From Guillardia theta CCMP2712 (taxonomy: Eukaryota; Protista; Cryptophyta), in assembly GCF_000315625.1 (NCBI RefSeq), contig NW_005434643.1, positions 212,130 to 276,129 of the forward strand: DNA of 64,000 nt, given 5' to 3'. Within the stretch, counting starts at the first letter, position 1. The number at the start of each line of letters is the position of its first letter. Below are positions 22,387 to 35,558 of this stretch, piece by piece. The notes under the pieces were generated by a model, which saw nothing but the letters and a program-made list of their open reading frames with translations, was not told the DNA's origin and searched no databases. A program made the position numbers and the translations under genes.

Positions 22387-25300
22387 ATGTCGTCTGCTCG
22401 CAAAGGCAGCGGGTTCACGAGGGGCATTGTTTATGCTTTAATGGCCTCATCGTTCCTTGCTTGCGATACGACTCGTGAGTACAGCTGCTTTATGTCGCCT
22501 CACAGATTCTGATGATGTTGACAGCTGTGCAATGGGAAAACATTCCTCCTGTCGGACAAAGTCCGGCTGCAAGGTATGGTCATAGCATGGCTGTGCTGCA
22601 TAGTGCAGAGGGAACGCCGATCCTGTACGGAGGGTGAGTCTTGATTTCTCTCTCGTTCTATCCTTAAGCGCGTTGTTTGTTTCAACTTGAACTTTCAATT
22701 CGGGGAGCAGCTCCCGAAAGAAGAATGGGGCGGAGGAGATCCTGTGCGATGTGTGGAGGCTGGATTCAGTCGGGAGATTCTGGAGTGAAGTCAAGCCTAA
22801 CAGACACAACTCAAGTGTCTGTGCTCTAGACGGAACCGCTCACAAGGATCCTGGCTGCCGAAGTGGACACACGATGATCTCGGTTGGCCAGGCAGCTCTG
22901 ATGTGTGGGGGGTACGTGTCGAGAAGCAATGAGAGCTTCTCTTTCTATGATCCTCTGCGCCTTGACTGCTGGCTTCTACATTTCATTCCGTATCCTTCAT
23001 GGGAGCAAGTATCGTTCGAGGGCTCGACTCCTGCCGCACGGTGGGGTCACAGCATGTCTTTCGACGAGCGCACGGGGCACGCACTATTGTTCGGAGGAGT
23101 AGACAGCACAGGCATACATCCCATGGACGACTGCTGGTTTGTTCCCATCACAAGTGCCGCTGCCTCGACCCTCCAGTGGCAAAGATGTCAGGATGTGACC
23201 GGCACTTATCACCCCTCAGCGAGGTTTGGTCACGGGACAGTGTTTCACAGTGACACCCAGTCGTTCTTTGTGTTCGGTGGTTTTGCTCATCGAGACTCTG
23301 CTGTCTTGATGGACAACTCTCTGTGGGCTCTCATTGACTTCGCTGACAAGGCTGACGTGCGTTGGGAAGAAATCTTCCCCAACTCAAAGAAGCCCACAGG
23401 CAGAGGTTTTCATTCCATGTGGCTTCTGAACTCGCAGTTGTTCATTCACGGAGGTCAGGGATGGGGAGGGCAGGGAACGTCTTCAGTAAGTTTGAAGTCA
23501 GAGAGTGCAGATGCAGTATCCATGACGTTTGCTCCAGGTGTTCTCCGACACTTGGACTTTCGATGTTCACACTCTGCTATGGTCGAAATTTGGCTCATCT
23601 GAATCCGCTCCAGCAACTTCGCACATGCCTGTCAGTGTTGTCTTCTCGTCTGATGCGTACGGCTTTGGTGGTCTTGGAGCAGAAGGGCAGGAGACGGGCA
23701 GGTTGTCCAAGTTTGAAGCTGGATTTGGTTGGACTACAGGTCTTATCCTCTGCTCCCTTCCTGTCTTGATGAACCCCCGCAGAGTCTGCGGTTGGAAAAA
23801 GTCCCCCGGCGAGAACAGGTCACGTCCTCTTCTACGATTCTTTCAATAGGCTCTTTGCCTCTCTTGGTGTCAGTTACGGGCCTTCTCGCCTCGACGACCT
23901 CTGGAGCTTGGACCTCAACGATGGTCGCTGGACTTGCCAGTATGGCGATGATCCCTCGTGCCAGAAGCCTCTGCCCACCCTCCGACCTCAAGCACGAGCA
24001 TTCCCTTCCTATGCCTCATCAGGCCTGGTGAAACTTGTGCATGGCGGGGTGCTTCTGAATGACAAACTCTGTACTGCGTATCCTCTGAGGATCGCCAACG
24101 CCGAGATGGTGGATGACTTGTGGCTGTTCGACTCAGTCGCCATGCTGTGGTCTCCGATAGCGCAAACTGCGCAACGACCACAGGCGAGAGCGTTTAGCTC
24201 GATGGTGTCCGTGTCATCCTTGGACGGATATCGTCAGCCTTTCGCAATTGTCGGGGGAGCATCAGCACTGAAATGTGCAGACAACCCAAGCTTCTGCGAT
24301 GTGTTGCAACCAATGAATGACATCTGGCTTCTTGACGCGTACAGCAAGGTTGCTTGCGAAGAAACTGATAGATGATACTGATAGATGCTCAGAGTGCTGA
24401 TGACACCCGCAAGATGGCGAGCTTTGACGGGAAAGATGACGTCATTCAGATCAGTTTACCATCCTGGTAGACCCATTTGATGAAGGGTGTGGAGCTGACA
24501 AGACTTGAAGGTGTGCATCGGCTGCCAGTCTGTCTCTTCTTCATTTCGACTCTTGGATTTGCTTCCACGTGGTAGACTCGTCGCCTATGATCGTCTTGGA
24601 AGCGTACAGCAATGCCCTGCCAGTTTTTCGGTTGTACATCCAGAGAGCGCAAGGAGGGATTTTCGCCTCGCTGCTTCTCCGTCCGGGAAAGGTAACGCTG
24701 ATGAAGCTGTTTCCAAGTAACGTTTAAACCAAGGTCGAGACACTTGTCAAGACGTGGGGCCCAATAGAAGATACAATAGTAGGACGATGGCATCATTTCT
24801 GCCTCACCTTACGCTTTGGTCGAATCTTCTCTGCCTTGCATGCGGAGCCAGACGTGGGGGTAGCTCAAGCCTTCCTCTTCATCGACGGGCGAAATGTGGG
24901 CGAGGCAGGAAGAATGTTCGAGAAGCTCGACATGAAAGCGACTCTCCGCCTGTCCACCGGCATCTCGTCCATCTACATCGGAGGGTCACGGACGGCCAAG
25001 GAGGCTGAAGGGTACAGGAGCTTGCAGGGAGACGTCGACCAGTTCCGACTGTGGTGGCCCTCCTGTCCTCACTCGACCGACCCCAGCAGGTGCAACCCTT
25101 ATGCCTTCCTGTACCCGATCCTGCGAGATGGGACCAGAGTTCCTTCCGCTGTCGACCAGACCAGCGGCAAGAGACTGTCTGTGAGTGAAACCTCCTCCTC
25201 TCTTCGCCTCTCTCCGCTCATCCTGTCAACAGGAGGCTGACGTGGAGATGCGCCATGTCGCGTATCCTGTGCAACAGAACATGTTCAACACAGTTGTAGC

Positions 25301-28300
25301 TAGTCCGCATGACAGCGATGTGCTTGTAGACATCAAGTTCGACGATTACACAGCACAGGACGGGAGACACCTCATCAATTCAGCCCATGGAGGTCCCTCA
25401 CTCTGTTCCGGCAGTGATCTCACTGCCTTCTGCGACGGCTGCCCGTTCCAAGAGCGATGCACCTTCGGCAACTGCGGCGACTTTGACCTTGACTGTGTGC
25501 AGCAGGGCATGAAGGACTTAACGCGGCTTGACAAGTACGCACAGGAGGAGGACTGCCAGTGCCTCGACCTCGTCGACTGTCCCACGACCATCAGGAACTG
25601 CAAGTGCCCTCCCAACCTTCACAGGACGTGCAAGCGATGCTATGAGCACGCGAGGATTTGCGAGCCAGGAGGAGAGCTCTGCTTCGCTGACGGAGACATG
25701 AAGTACAACAACTCCTGCTCCTCCATTTCCTGCGCGACCCCGCAGACGATTCACAACCTGTGGTGTCCGGCAGATCTCTGTGAGGAGTGGGAGTGCTCCT
25801 GCTTCGACCCTCTTGCTCTCTCCGGCCTCCATGCTTCCAGCGTGCGGGTTCAAAATGGTGTGGGGATTTGCGACAGCTCCTGCCCTGCTGGGCTCTGTAT
25901 CGCAAATAATTCTCAGCTGGCAGCAGCTTCAGGCTTGTCGAATGTGAACTGCTGCGAGCTGATCGAGTTGGAAGTAGCTGGGGGAGGAGAAATGTGCCGC
26001 AGGTGGGAGACGAAGAATGTGTCGGGCAAGGTGAAGAACTTTTGCAAGGACACCTACTTCCTTTACGGGACCTGTGAGATAGAGCGATGCTGCGTGGCGT
26101 GCGAGGTTGTGGCAGGTGTCGTTCCTTCTTCTCCGTCTAGCCAGCAGGGTCTTGTCTGCAGCTTCTCCACAAGTTCCTCGTCTCAGCTCTCGATGGACTG
26201 TAACTTGTCGCAAGAACCCGCGTCTGCCAGTGCCAACACGATTTTCCTCCCACTATCTCATGCGGAGGAGGAGAACACGTCTCCGTCTCTTCTGCAGCAC
26301 CTGCAAGACAGTAAGCAGCTCACTAAGCCTGCAAGTTCTGCCTCGGGACCGCAGGAGCTCTCGGAGATGTTGGTGCGGTCATGGCGTCATGGACGATCAG
26401 GCGAGTGGGCAGGGAGCGAGCGAGACCCTGAGGTGCGCCGGCTGCCGGAGAAGCTCAAGGGAGGAGCGTCTGGTGTGAGCGTGAGAGACACGTGCGGACA
26501 AGGCTTCGAGTGGTTTCCCCTCCTGGGCTGCGTCTGCAAGAATCGCGTCCCTTTCTCCTTCACGGCGTCAGAGACGAGCAGCGTCCAAGGCGAGCTCAAC
26601 ACGCTCACCTTCCGAGTCACCTTCCTCGTCGACGTCACCAACTTTGACCTGCCAGCCGTCAAGGTGGAGAGAAACAGCAGCGGGACGGGGGAGGGCGGCG
26701 TCCTCGTCCTCGTGCTGGAGGGGCTCACAGGAACGCTGACAGCGGACACGGAGGAGCTGCCAGTCAGCTGCGCAGCTTCCGGCCCGACCCTCTGCCGTTG
26801 GAACAACCAGGACGCTGACTGCAACTCCCTGCCCTGCAGCGGAGTCCAGGCGAGCTTGTCGGCTTCTGCTGGGGCCGGGCTGGGCTCGTGGCGAAGAGAC
26901 GTGGGGACACTCACGGTGGTTGTCACGAAGGACATCTGGAGCTCTAGAGCTGACCCGCGGCCCTTCCTCGAGCTGAGCTTCACGGTGCGCAACCCTCCTG
27001 TCTCTCGTGCTCCTGTGCTCCCCCTCCTCTCCATCTGCGGAGTCCAGCACGCCATCTCCGACAGCTCCGGCCTTCTCAGCTCCAGCAAGTGGATCATCCT
27101 CGGGTCTGCAGCCGTCGAGCTCATCAAGGAGGATGAGACAGGAAGCAACTGCAGCGTCGCGTCCGTCCGCTCTGTCGGCTCTCAGAGCAACGCGATCAGC
27201 GTCCTCCTCCTCGAGTCTTCCAGCAGCAGCGCCAGCTCCTTCACCTCTCGCCTGCCACAGGGGACGGAGGTGGTGACGCCAACCAAGTCGCTGATAGAGA
27301 CTGTGATGCAACAAGGAGCCGACAGCTCGCTTCTCCTCACCGTCTTCGTCAACTCCACGGCAAGAGATCGGCAGGGCGGCTGCATCCAAGACTCTCGCAA
27401 CACTCTCCGCGTCTGCCTCCGCGGCGTCACCTTTCTCGCTCAGTTCTCCTCCTCCTCGGCCCTCTGGCTCAACACAACCGCCAAAGAGCTTCGGGCAGGG
27501 AGCAACGAGAGCTTGCAGTCCCTTGAGAGCTCCTCCTCCCTTCTGACGGCTCTCTCCTCTCCCCCTTGCTGCTTGTTGAACGGCGTAGCAAAGTCCTGCG
27601 GAGACAAAGTGTGTAAGCCAGTGCATGGAGGTACGCTTGTGCTGCTGGGACAGGATACCTTCACGAGGATGCCCGCAGTTCAGCTCTCCTCGCGTCCTCT
27701 GCTGTCTTCGCTCTCTGACCTCTCCAGCTATCTCACTGCTCCTCCTCCCTACCAGCCCAGGAAAGGCTGGCGGCAATTATGCGCTGATGGCGCTCAATCC
27801 TGCACCTCGAGGACTAAGAAATCCAACTGGTTCCCCGTCAGGTTTGGACATGCGGTTGCCATGCTGGACGAGTCGAAGATGCTCGTGTACGGGGGAGTAG
27901 GATGTGGAGCATGGGGGGGCGGGGGAGAGATCTGCTCCTCCCTCTCTCCTCTCAACGACCTATGGGAGTTTGACTTGCGCAAGTTCTTCTCCGGCCTCCC
28001 TCCCATGACTGCCATCGCCATGTCACCACAGCTCAGCGGCCTCTCGTTCTTCACCCTGCTCATCTTCAAGGTGTCAGAGATCAACGTGGTCGTCTACGGG
28101 GGGGAAGAGAGCAGCTTGCTTCCTCTCCAAGTGCTTCTTGGCGTCAACCCCGCAGCCAATAACCGCTCCTTCCTCACCAGAGAATTCTCGCTGCAATCTA
28201 GGGCGGCCAAGCTTCACCTCTCCAACACTTTCCCTACCAGCAGCGGGTCAGCAGCTGCTTGTAACTCTACGCATGTCTTCATGTTCGGAGGACTCGTCAA

Positions 28301-31300
28301 GAATTCTCTCACCAGCTCTGTGCTCATCTCTTCCCTTTCCTCGCTGCTTCCTGAAACTTCAACTTCTATCCTCCCCGTCATCGCTGACAGCCCCACCCCG
28401 CGAGCCTTCGCTGGCGTCCTCTCAGTGGATGCGGCGGTGCTGGTCATGTACGGGGGCGAGCAGGACAGGAAGGGGCTGCACCAGCTTTGGCAGCTCGACC
28501 TCACCTCGCAAACATGGCGCATGCTTGGGCTGACCTCGTCCAACTCCTCCTTCGGCCCCAGGCTGTTGTCGGCGATGTCCTTGTTCAAGCTCCAGGCCTC
28601 CTCCTCTCACGCCTTCATCGTTCACGGCGGGATCAAGACCTCGTACGAGGATGGCAAGACGTTCATGTCAGGTGAGGGACAGGAACATCAGCCCACGAGC
28701 GACGCGATGCTGTTTGTTGAGACCTCGGAGCAATCCTACAGCGTCACCAGGTTGCGACTTGACATGACCGGACGACAACCTGCAGCTCGATGCTTGCACT
28801 CCATGCTGACCGGCCGATTCGTCTCCTCGAGCAACGACCTGGTGCTGCTCGGAGGAGTGAACAGGGAGGGGAAGGCAATGGCAGACATGTGGTACATCGA
28901 GAGCAGCGAGCAGAGGAGGTTCGCCAAGCTTGTCTTCGTCCTCGACCAGCTGAGCCCAACGACGCTGCTGGGAGCTCAGACCGACTTGCTGATGCTCATC
29001 AACACGTGCGCCACAGTCAGAGCCCCGGCCGTCACCTCGTCAGACCTCAGGGTCCAGCTGAGAGGGAGTACGTCAACTGAAGTCCAGCTGGAGGTGGAGG
29101 AGGGTCAGCTTCTGTGTCTGCTGCAGGCGTGGAGAGACGGAGAGGGGTGGAGGGAGTCTGTCGCAGCTCTCGAGCGATCCCTCGCAAGACCCTCATGGCT
29201 CCGCAACGCCTCTTGGTCCCCCGTCAACGGCAGGGCCTCCGAATTTGACGCGCAGGCTCTCAACGGCTACATCGCGTACGGGCTGACAGGCCTGGGCGTC
29301 AATGCCTACGAGTTTGACGTGAAGGTGTCATGCGAGCGATCGAACATGTCGGCAAGTGAGTGAGAGGCTGACGGCTGCTCGTTTCAGTCTTGTGCTGCCT
29401 GCTCTGACCCCTCACTCTGCTGCCTGCTCTGACCCCTCACTCTGCTGCCTGCTCTGACCCCTCACTCTGCCGCCTGCTCTGACCCCTCACTCTGCCGCTT
29501 GCTCTGACCCCTCACTCTGCCGCCTGCTCTGACCCCTCACTCTGCTGCCTGCTCTGACCCCTCACTCTGCCGCCTGCTCTGACCCCTCACTCTGCCGCCT
29601 GCTCTGACCCCTCACTCTGCCGCCTGCTCTGACCCCTCACTCTGCCGCCTGCTCTGACCCCTCACTCTGCTGCCTGCTCTGACCCCTCACTCTGCCGCCT
29701 GCTCTGACCCCTCACTCTGCTGCCTGCTCTGACCCCTCACTCTGCCGCCTGCTCTGACCCCTCACTCTGCCGCCTGCTCTGACCCCTCACTCTGCCGCTT
29801 GCTCTGACCCCTCACTCTGCCGCTTGCTCTGACCCCTCACTCTGCCGCCTGCTCTGACCCCTCACTCTGCCGCCTGCTTTCACTCCTTCACCCTACAGGA
29901 TGCCTGCGAGGCGTTTGCCAACAACGCAATCAGAGTGGAGGAGCAAGTCCGACCGTTTACTGCGGCAACGTCTCCTCTCCCTCTGCCTGCCCTCAAGGGC
30001 TCGTCTGCTCTCTGCCGCGACCTCGGCATGGGCATCAGTCGGTTGCTCTGGCGATGGACGACAAGGTTTGAGCCTGGAGAGGGCGAGGAGCGGAGCTGAC
30101 GGGCCTGCAGGATGTCTTGCTGACGTTCGGAGGTCAGGAGTCAGACCTCGTCACGAGTCAAGGATGGAAGTTGAGCAACGCGGTGACCTCAGTCTCCTTC
30201 AGCTACAACGATGCCACCTCAGTCAACCTCTTGACGTCCTGCGACCTTGACTTGACCTGCCCGCCGCCAAGGAGAGACGCAACCGTTCGCATCATGGACA
30301 GCGAGGGGGGAGCGAACGGCAAGCTCCTCGTCTTCGGTGGGATGGGATGTCAGAGCCAAGAGTGCGGGCAGTCAGGGTTCCAAGACTTTCTTGCTGGTCG
30401 TTCCTCCTCTTCTGCCGTCCTCTACGACGATCTATGGTGCTGCTGCTGCCTCTCCCACGAGTTATACCTGACAAGCCCCAAGGTACCTCGACCTCCAAGA
30501 CCTCACCATGGAGTGTGTCACCACAGGAGATTGCCGGGCGTTCTTGCCATGGACGAAGGTGAGGAGAGGACGGAGAGGATGCGGAAGAGAGCGATGCTAC
30601 TCTAGAGTTTTCACACAAACCTGCCAGGTGGAGGTGGCAGGGAGCAAACCTGCGGCTAGGTTTGCCGGCGGAGGGATCGTCGACACATCTGACAACGAGC
30701 TGTACTTATTTGTGAGTAAGGGAGGTGCTTATGAGAACAAGGAGAGAAATGCAGGAGGTTGGCGAGTGTCTGAGTAGGAGGCGAGTGTGAGGATGGGGAT
30801 GAAGAGGAAGGAGGAGGAGGAGGAGGGGGAGGAGAAGGAACTGATGGGTATCAGGGAGGAGTAACTTACGAGGGCTCTACCTTCCGCGAGCTCTCGGACC
30901 TCAACGAGTTCGCTCTTGCCGATCCCTTCTACAAGTTCTGCAGTGCGACCGGACAAGGACTGACAGGAGCCGTTGCTGGCGTCACCTCAAAGATTTTCCT
31001 TCAGTGCCAGGTTGATCTTCTTTCCTCCTCTCTCTTGTCTTCTCCCTCCTTTTTAAAGCATTTGTTGTCGTCTCATCCTTCCTCTCCTCTCATAGGACAG
31101 CTTCCGACGCCCAGCTGACGGCGCGAGGTTCCGCGTGGAGCTTGTGAGTGCTGGATCTCCCTCCCTTACTATCTCCCCTGTCGGGCTCGGGCAGGGGATG
31201 TACGAGGGGTCCTATACACCAGTGAAGTCGGGGTCGTATTTGCTCAAAATCTACGTGGGGAGAGGAGGCGTGCAGCATCAGAACCTGATCGAGGGCTACG

Positions 31301-33305
31301 ACAAGAATCCCTCCAACAGCATCCATGAGTTCGAGCTCCTCGGCAACCGCAGCAACCAGAACCCCTTCTCCCTCCTCGTGGCTGCAGGAACAACCGATGC
31401 CCTGGTGTCAACCAGCAGCGGCAGCTTCCTGACGCTCACCACAGCAGGGTTGGCGTCAAGTTTCATGCTGACAGCAAAGGACAAGCACGAGAACTTGTCG
31501 CCGGGAGGAGACTCGGTCAGCGTCATCATGATCCTCTGGGACCCTGCGAGGAACGTGGCGGTGGAGCCGGACCTCAAGCCCGAGAGCGCAGCTGTCAGCG
31601 ACAACTCGGACGGGAGCTACCACGTGGCGTACAGGATCACCCGGGCTGGAGCCTACCGGCTGTCCGTGTCCATCAACGGGCAGGAGGGGATGGGGTCGCC
31701 CTTCCTCCTAGAGGTCGCCAGCTCTCCCGCGGATCCTCTCAAGTCTTATGTTTACGGCGACTTCTCAAGCATCCGAGCAGGCGTCTCCTCCTCCCTCTTC
31801 GTGCAGACTCGCGATGGCTTCGGCAACGCCGTCAGAGTCGATCCGGCCGTCGCTCCCGCAGGGTCCGAGAGGATCAGCTTTGAGTTTTGCACATCGGTGG
31901 GGCAACAGGACGAGAGCGTGACGTGTGAGGGAGGCAGTCTGGACCTCAACGTCGGCATCACAGTCGAATACGGGATCAGTCCGGATGGATACAGCAACAA
32001 CAGGAGCACAGGCATGCCCAACTACGGCTTGTATCGCATCACTTACTTCCCCTTCAACGACGGCATCGTCTACCCGCAGGTGCCTCCATGGCTTCATCTC
32101 CCTCTCTCCGTCTGTCTCGCTGACCGTCTCGCAGGTCCGTCACGGAGTCGTCTACGTCAAGTGCATGTTCGATACCAGCGGCCTATCAGTGGACAACATG
32201 ATCCCAAGCGGGCAGGAAGCTGACAGCTGCATTGCTGCGGTTTGTCTTCCCTCCACATCCCCCTCCCCCCTCCCCCTCCTCCCCCCTCCCCCCCTCCTCC
32301 CCTCTCTCCTCCTCAAATCTTCTCTGCAGCCCCTTCCTCCCTCCTCCTCTCACAGTTGTGCATCAGATCCTTGCCAACGAAACAGGAGCAGCAAGGCGAC
32401 AGTCGCGGGTTTCTCCGCGGAGGATCAGCTCCTACCATCACGACTATTTTAACGTGAAGGTGCAAGCTACCTTCACAGCTCCAGGTCAGCTCCAGCTGAA
32501 CTCTAGCAGCAGCAGCTGTTGGTCTCGTTCTGACGATGTCTTCTCTCAGATTCCAGCAAGCTTCGCTTCTGGGTCTCGTGGGGTCCAGCTCTCTGCGCCA
32601 TCGTGGGTTGTCTGCTGCAGTGCGTCTACAGTCTGTGCACGTGGAAGGGCAGGAGGAACGTCGCCCCTCTCAAGCCCTCGCACATGTCGCGACGCACCAG
32701 CACCGCAAGTCAGCCCAACCACGAGAAAGCTGCGGACGAGGAAGGGTTCAGCGTCCTCCGTCACCTCAAGGTGATGCGCTGCTCGCATTGAAGTTGGGTG
32801 TGATGCCCCGCACGAGCAGGATGAGGGATACCTTGACGATGCAGAGTTTGTCGCATGCTCAGCCGGACAAGGGAAGGAAGACTCGATCTCGATTGTGGTA
32901 TCTCATCAGTGCTTGTTTCTCATCAGTGCTTGTTTCTCATCAGCGCTTGTTTCTCATCAGCGCTTGTTTCTCATCAGTGCTTGTTTCTCATCAGTGCTTG
33001 TTTCTCATCAGTGCTTGTTTCTCATCAGCGCTTGTTTCTCATCAGTGCTTGTTTCTCATCAGTGCTTGTTTCTCATCAGTGCTTGTTGCTTCCTCTTGAT
33101 GTCTTGGCAGAAACGATTCGAGGCTGCACAACATGAGATGGTTGCGTCGCTCAAACAAATAGCTCGCAGCCATCAACCCCTGAATTGCTTGCGACATTCC
33201 CACGCTCAATCTGTGTTCGTACTCCCTCAGTCGAGAAGATCATCGATTGAAGTGCAGGCAGAAGATGGAAGAGAGATGCTTGAGGACAAATCCTTCTACT
33301 CATAA
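22387..33305 (+). CDS. Very large type-I membrane protein: kelch/galactose-oxidase repeats, LamG-like domain, Cys-rich region, second kelch block, filamin/Ig repeats, TM, short tail (multi-exon)
   Basis: Kelch repeats (PAARWGHSM…LLFGG, SARFGHG…FVFGG, PTGRGFHSM…IHGG); LamG-like FDGKDD…RWHHFCLTL…LFIDG…IYIGG…GDVDQFRLW; Cys-rich 25400-26200; filamin GMYEGSYTPVKSGSYLLKI and DNSDGSYHVAYRITRAGAYRLSV…GSPF; TM FWVSWGPALCAIVGCLLQCVYSLCTW followed by KGRR. Treating it as one gene is inferred from the splice phases that were checked. Confidence 0.72.
29393..29878. repeat. Intronic 25-bp minisatellite (GCYGCCTGCTCTGACCCCTCACTCT) x ~19
   Basis: Period 25 read directly (gctctgaccc at 29401, 29426, 29451…), within intron 29325-29898. 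Confidence 0.95.
32900..33086. repeat. Intronic 17-bp minisatellite (TTTCTCATCAGYGCTTG) x ~11
   Basis: Tandem units inside intron 32898-33110. Confidence 0.93.
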
Positions 33306-33325
33306 CGTGGAGACAAACACTTGAA

Positions 33326-33506
33326 GCTAACTCGCTATTCTTACATCTTCGACCTGTACATGAGCGCTAGATCGCTATTCTGACATCTTCGACCTGTACA
33401 TAAACGCTAGATCGCTATTCTGCCATCTTCAACTCCTACATGAGCGCTAGATCGCTGTTCTGCCATCTTCAACTCCTACATGAACGCTAGATCGCTGTTC
33501 TGACAT
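33326..33506. repeat. 40-bp tandem repeat x ~4.5 in the 3' region
   Basis: gctagatcgctrttctgmcatcttc… recurs with period 40, starting just after the stop codon. Confidence 0.9.
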
Positions 33507-33853
33507 GGTTTTATATCACCTACTGGGGAGGTGTAAAATTGAGAGAATGACGGGAGGGGTGGTGTAAAATTGAGGTAGGCAGAAGGGGTGGGGTCATGCA
33601 AATTGGAGTGTTGCAAGGGGAGCAATCAACAACAAGACCCTCGGATGGTGGAAGTGAGGAGGAGGGACAGGGACAAAGAAGAGATGAAGGACAGGGTCGA
33701 TAGATCAGACTAGCTCGATGATGCTCGCAGCTGCGCTGAGATTGAACATTGTAGTGACTTTAATATGCAGCATGATGGCCAACTTCGAAGCTCAAAGAAA
33801 AGAAACATGAAACAACCCGTCGCTGCGATCAGTTGAGCTCAATTCGTTTGTTA

Positions 33854-35357
33854 ATGTCAACTCGAAAGTTGTAATGCACATTTGACCGGCATCATTCCTC
33901 CTAATACGTGCAGCAGGTCGTCTTTACTTCTTGTATGCATATGTACCTTCAACTTCCCTCTTTCCGTCTCGTTCTTGCCCGCTGGGCCTCCTTCTCCTAG
34001 CAAGTTCTTGCAAGCAAGTCAAGCGCGGGCAACTTTACAGCAGAGCATCAGACGGGCGGGATGTGTGCGAATGGTGGGAATGGACAAGAAGGACAAAGAC
34101 GGGCGGAGAGGAGCCAACCTCTTGCGGCTCTTCTTCCGACCTGACAAGGACAGAAACGAGGCTCCGCATCCCTCAAACGGCATCTTGGTCGGAGACCTCG
34201 GAGACCTTCGCGGTCGTTCGACTCAGATCGAGTCGTTCTTCAGTAAGCATCGGGCGAACAAATCTCCCAACGGAGCCTCCGATGAATACTTGTCGTCCTT
34301 GTACAGGTTCACAGACGATGGCAGACGACTTTCCTCAATCTCCAGGTATGCAGACGACTACTGGAGCACCAACTTGCTCACCATCTTTCGCTCTCGCGTC
34401 TTCAAGAGGATCTTTCCTCGCCTGGTGGTGAACTTTCTTGTGTGCTCGGGAATTGCTGTCCTCTACGCCTTGTCGCCTCTTACGTTCCCAGCCGCTCACG
34501 GCCACGCTCACACCATCACGGGATCATTCCTGGGGCTGCTGATTGCGTTCAGGACCAACACAGGGTACGAGAGGTACTGGGAAGCTCGAAAAGCCTGGGG
34601 AGCAGTGCACAAGCGTTGCCGATCCATGGCGGTTCTGCTAGCAACGTCAGTGACAGAGGTCGATCATATCGTCTTGAGGGTTTTCCAGATTCTCACGGCC
34701 TATCCCTACGCGCTTAAGCAGCACCTGCGAGGACAGCACAGCATGGTGGAGCTCTCAAAGATGCTACCTAAGGAGGACATCAAGCAGCTTGAGAAGGCTC
34801 AAAACATGCCCCTGCACCTCTGCATGCTGCTGTCCTCTGCTATCTCCCCTCTGCTTAACTCACCCAAGGTGACGATGAACCTCGTGTGGGAGAGAGCAGA
34901 GCAACACATCCAGGAGCTGAACAAGGTGATCACAATCACGGAGAGGCTGGCGACAACTCCCGTCCCTCTCTCCTACTCTCGTCACACCTCGAGGTTTCTC
35001 TCCATCTGGACTCTCACGGCTCCCATCTACCTCGTGCCTCAGTGCGGCCCCCTGCTGGCGGTGATCTCGCATCCTCTCATTTGTTGGGCTCTCTTCGGCT
35101 CTGAGGAAGTAGGACATATCATCGAGGAACCGTTCGGGACTCCCGGCGACAGCAGGTTTCTCAAAGAGGGACCAGGAGGCATTCGGTTCACAGAAAACCT
35201 TCCCCTCCTTCGCTACTGCGAGCAGATCAAGCGCGACATCGAAGCCGTCGAGAGACTATGGCAGTCACTGCCATCTACAGCTCCTCAATGCCTCATACCC
35301 ATCGGATCATGTGACGTCGACGATCCCGACTGTCAAGCAGGAGTGGTGAGCTTTTAA
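33854..35357 (+). CDS. Plastid-targeted bestrophin-like anion channel (UPF0187/YneE; VCCN1/BST type)
   Basis: LGLLIAFRTNTGYERYWEARKAWG, TPVPLSYSRHTSRFLSIW, EEVGHIIEEPF. N-terminal signal ending …LSVS|FLP plus a transit-like region. The start at 33854 assumes a short first exon and intron. Confidence 0.88.
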
Positions 35358-35558
35358 CCCACTTGCGTGGAGTGTCATTGCTTTCTTTACTAAAACTACC
35401 GTCAGGTGGAAGTGCAAAATTGAATTGAACCAAGCAAGAGCGGGTCAACAATGTCTCTTTGACAAGAAGGAACGATTTGGTATAATCATGAGGATTTATA
35501 GCTTGTTCACGGCGAAATAGATGTATAGATTACACTAGAGTACATACAGAGCATCAGT

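Noticed and set aside
26387-27776. Long antisense ORFs (253 and 402 aa) opposite the giant gene, and similar ones opposite TMEM94 and NCX
   Set aside because: Expected shadows of GC3-rich coding sequence.
29393-29878. Possible CRISPR array (also 33326-33506)
   Set aside because: Contiguous tandem units with no unique spacers, eukaryotic context, no cas genes.
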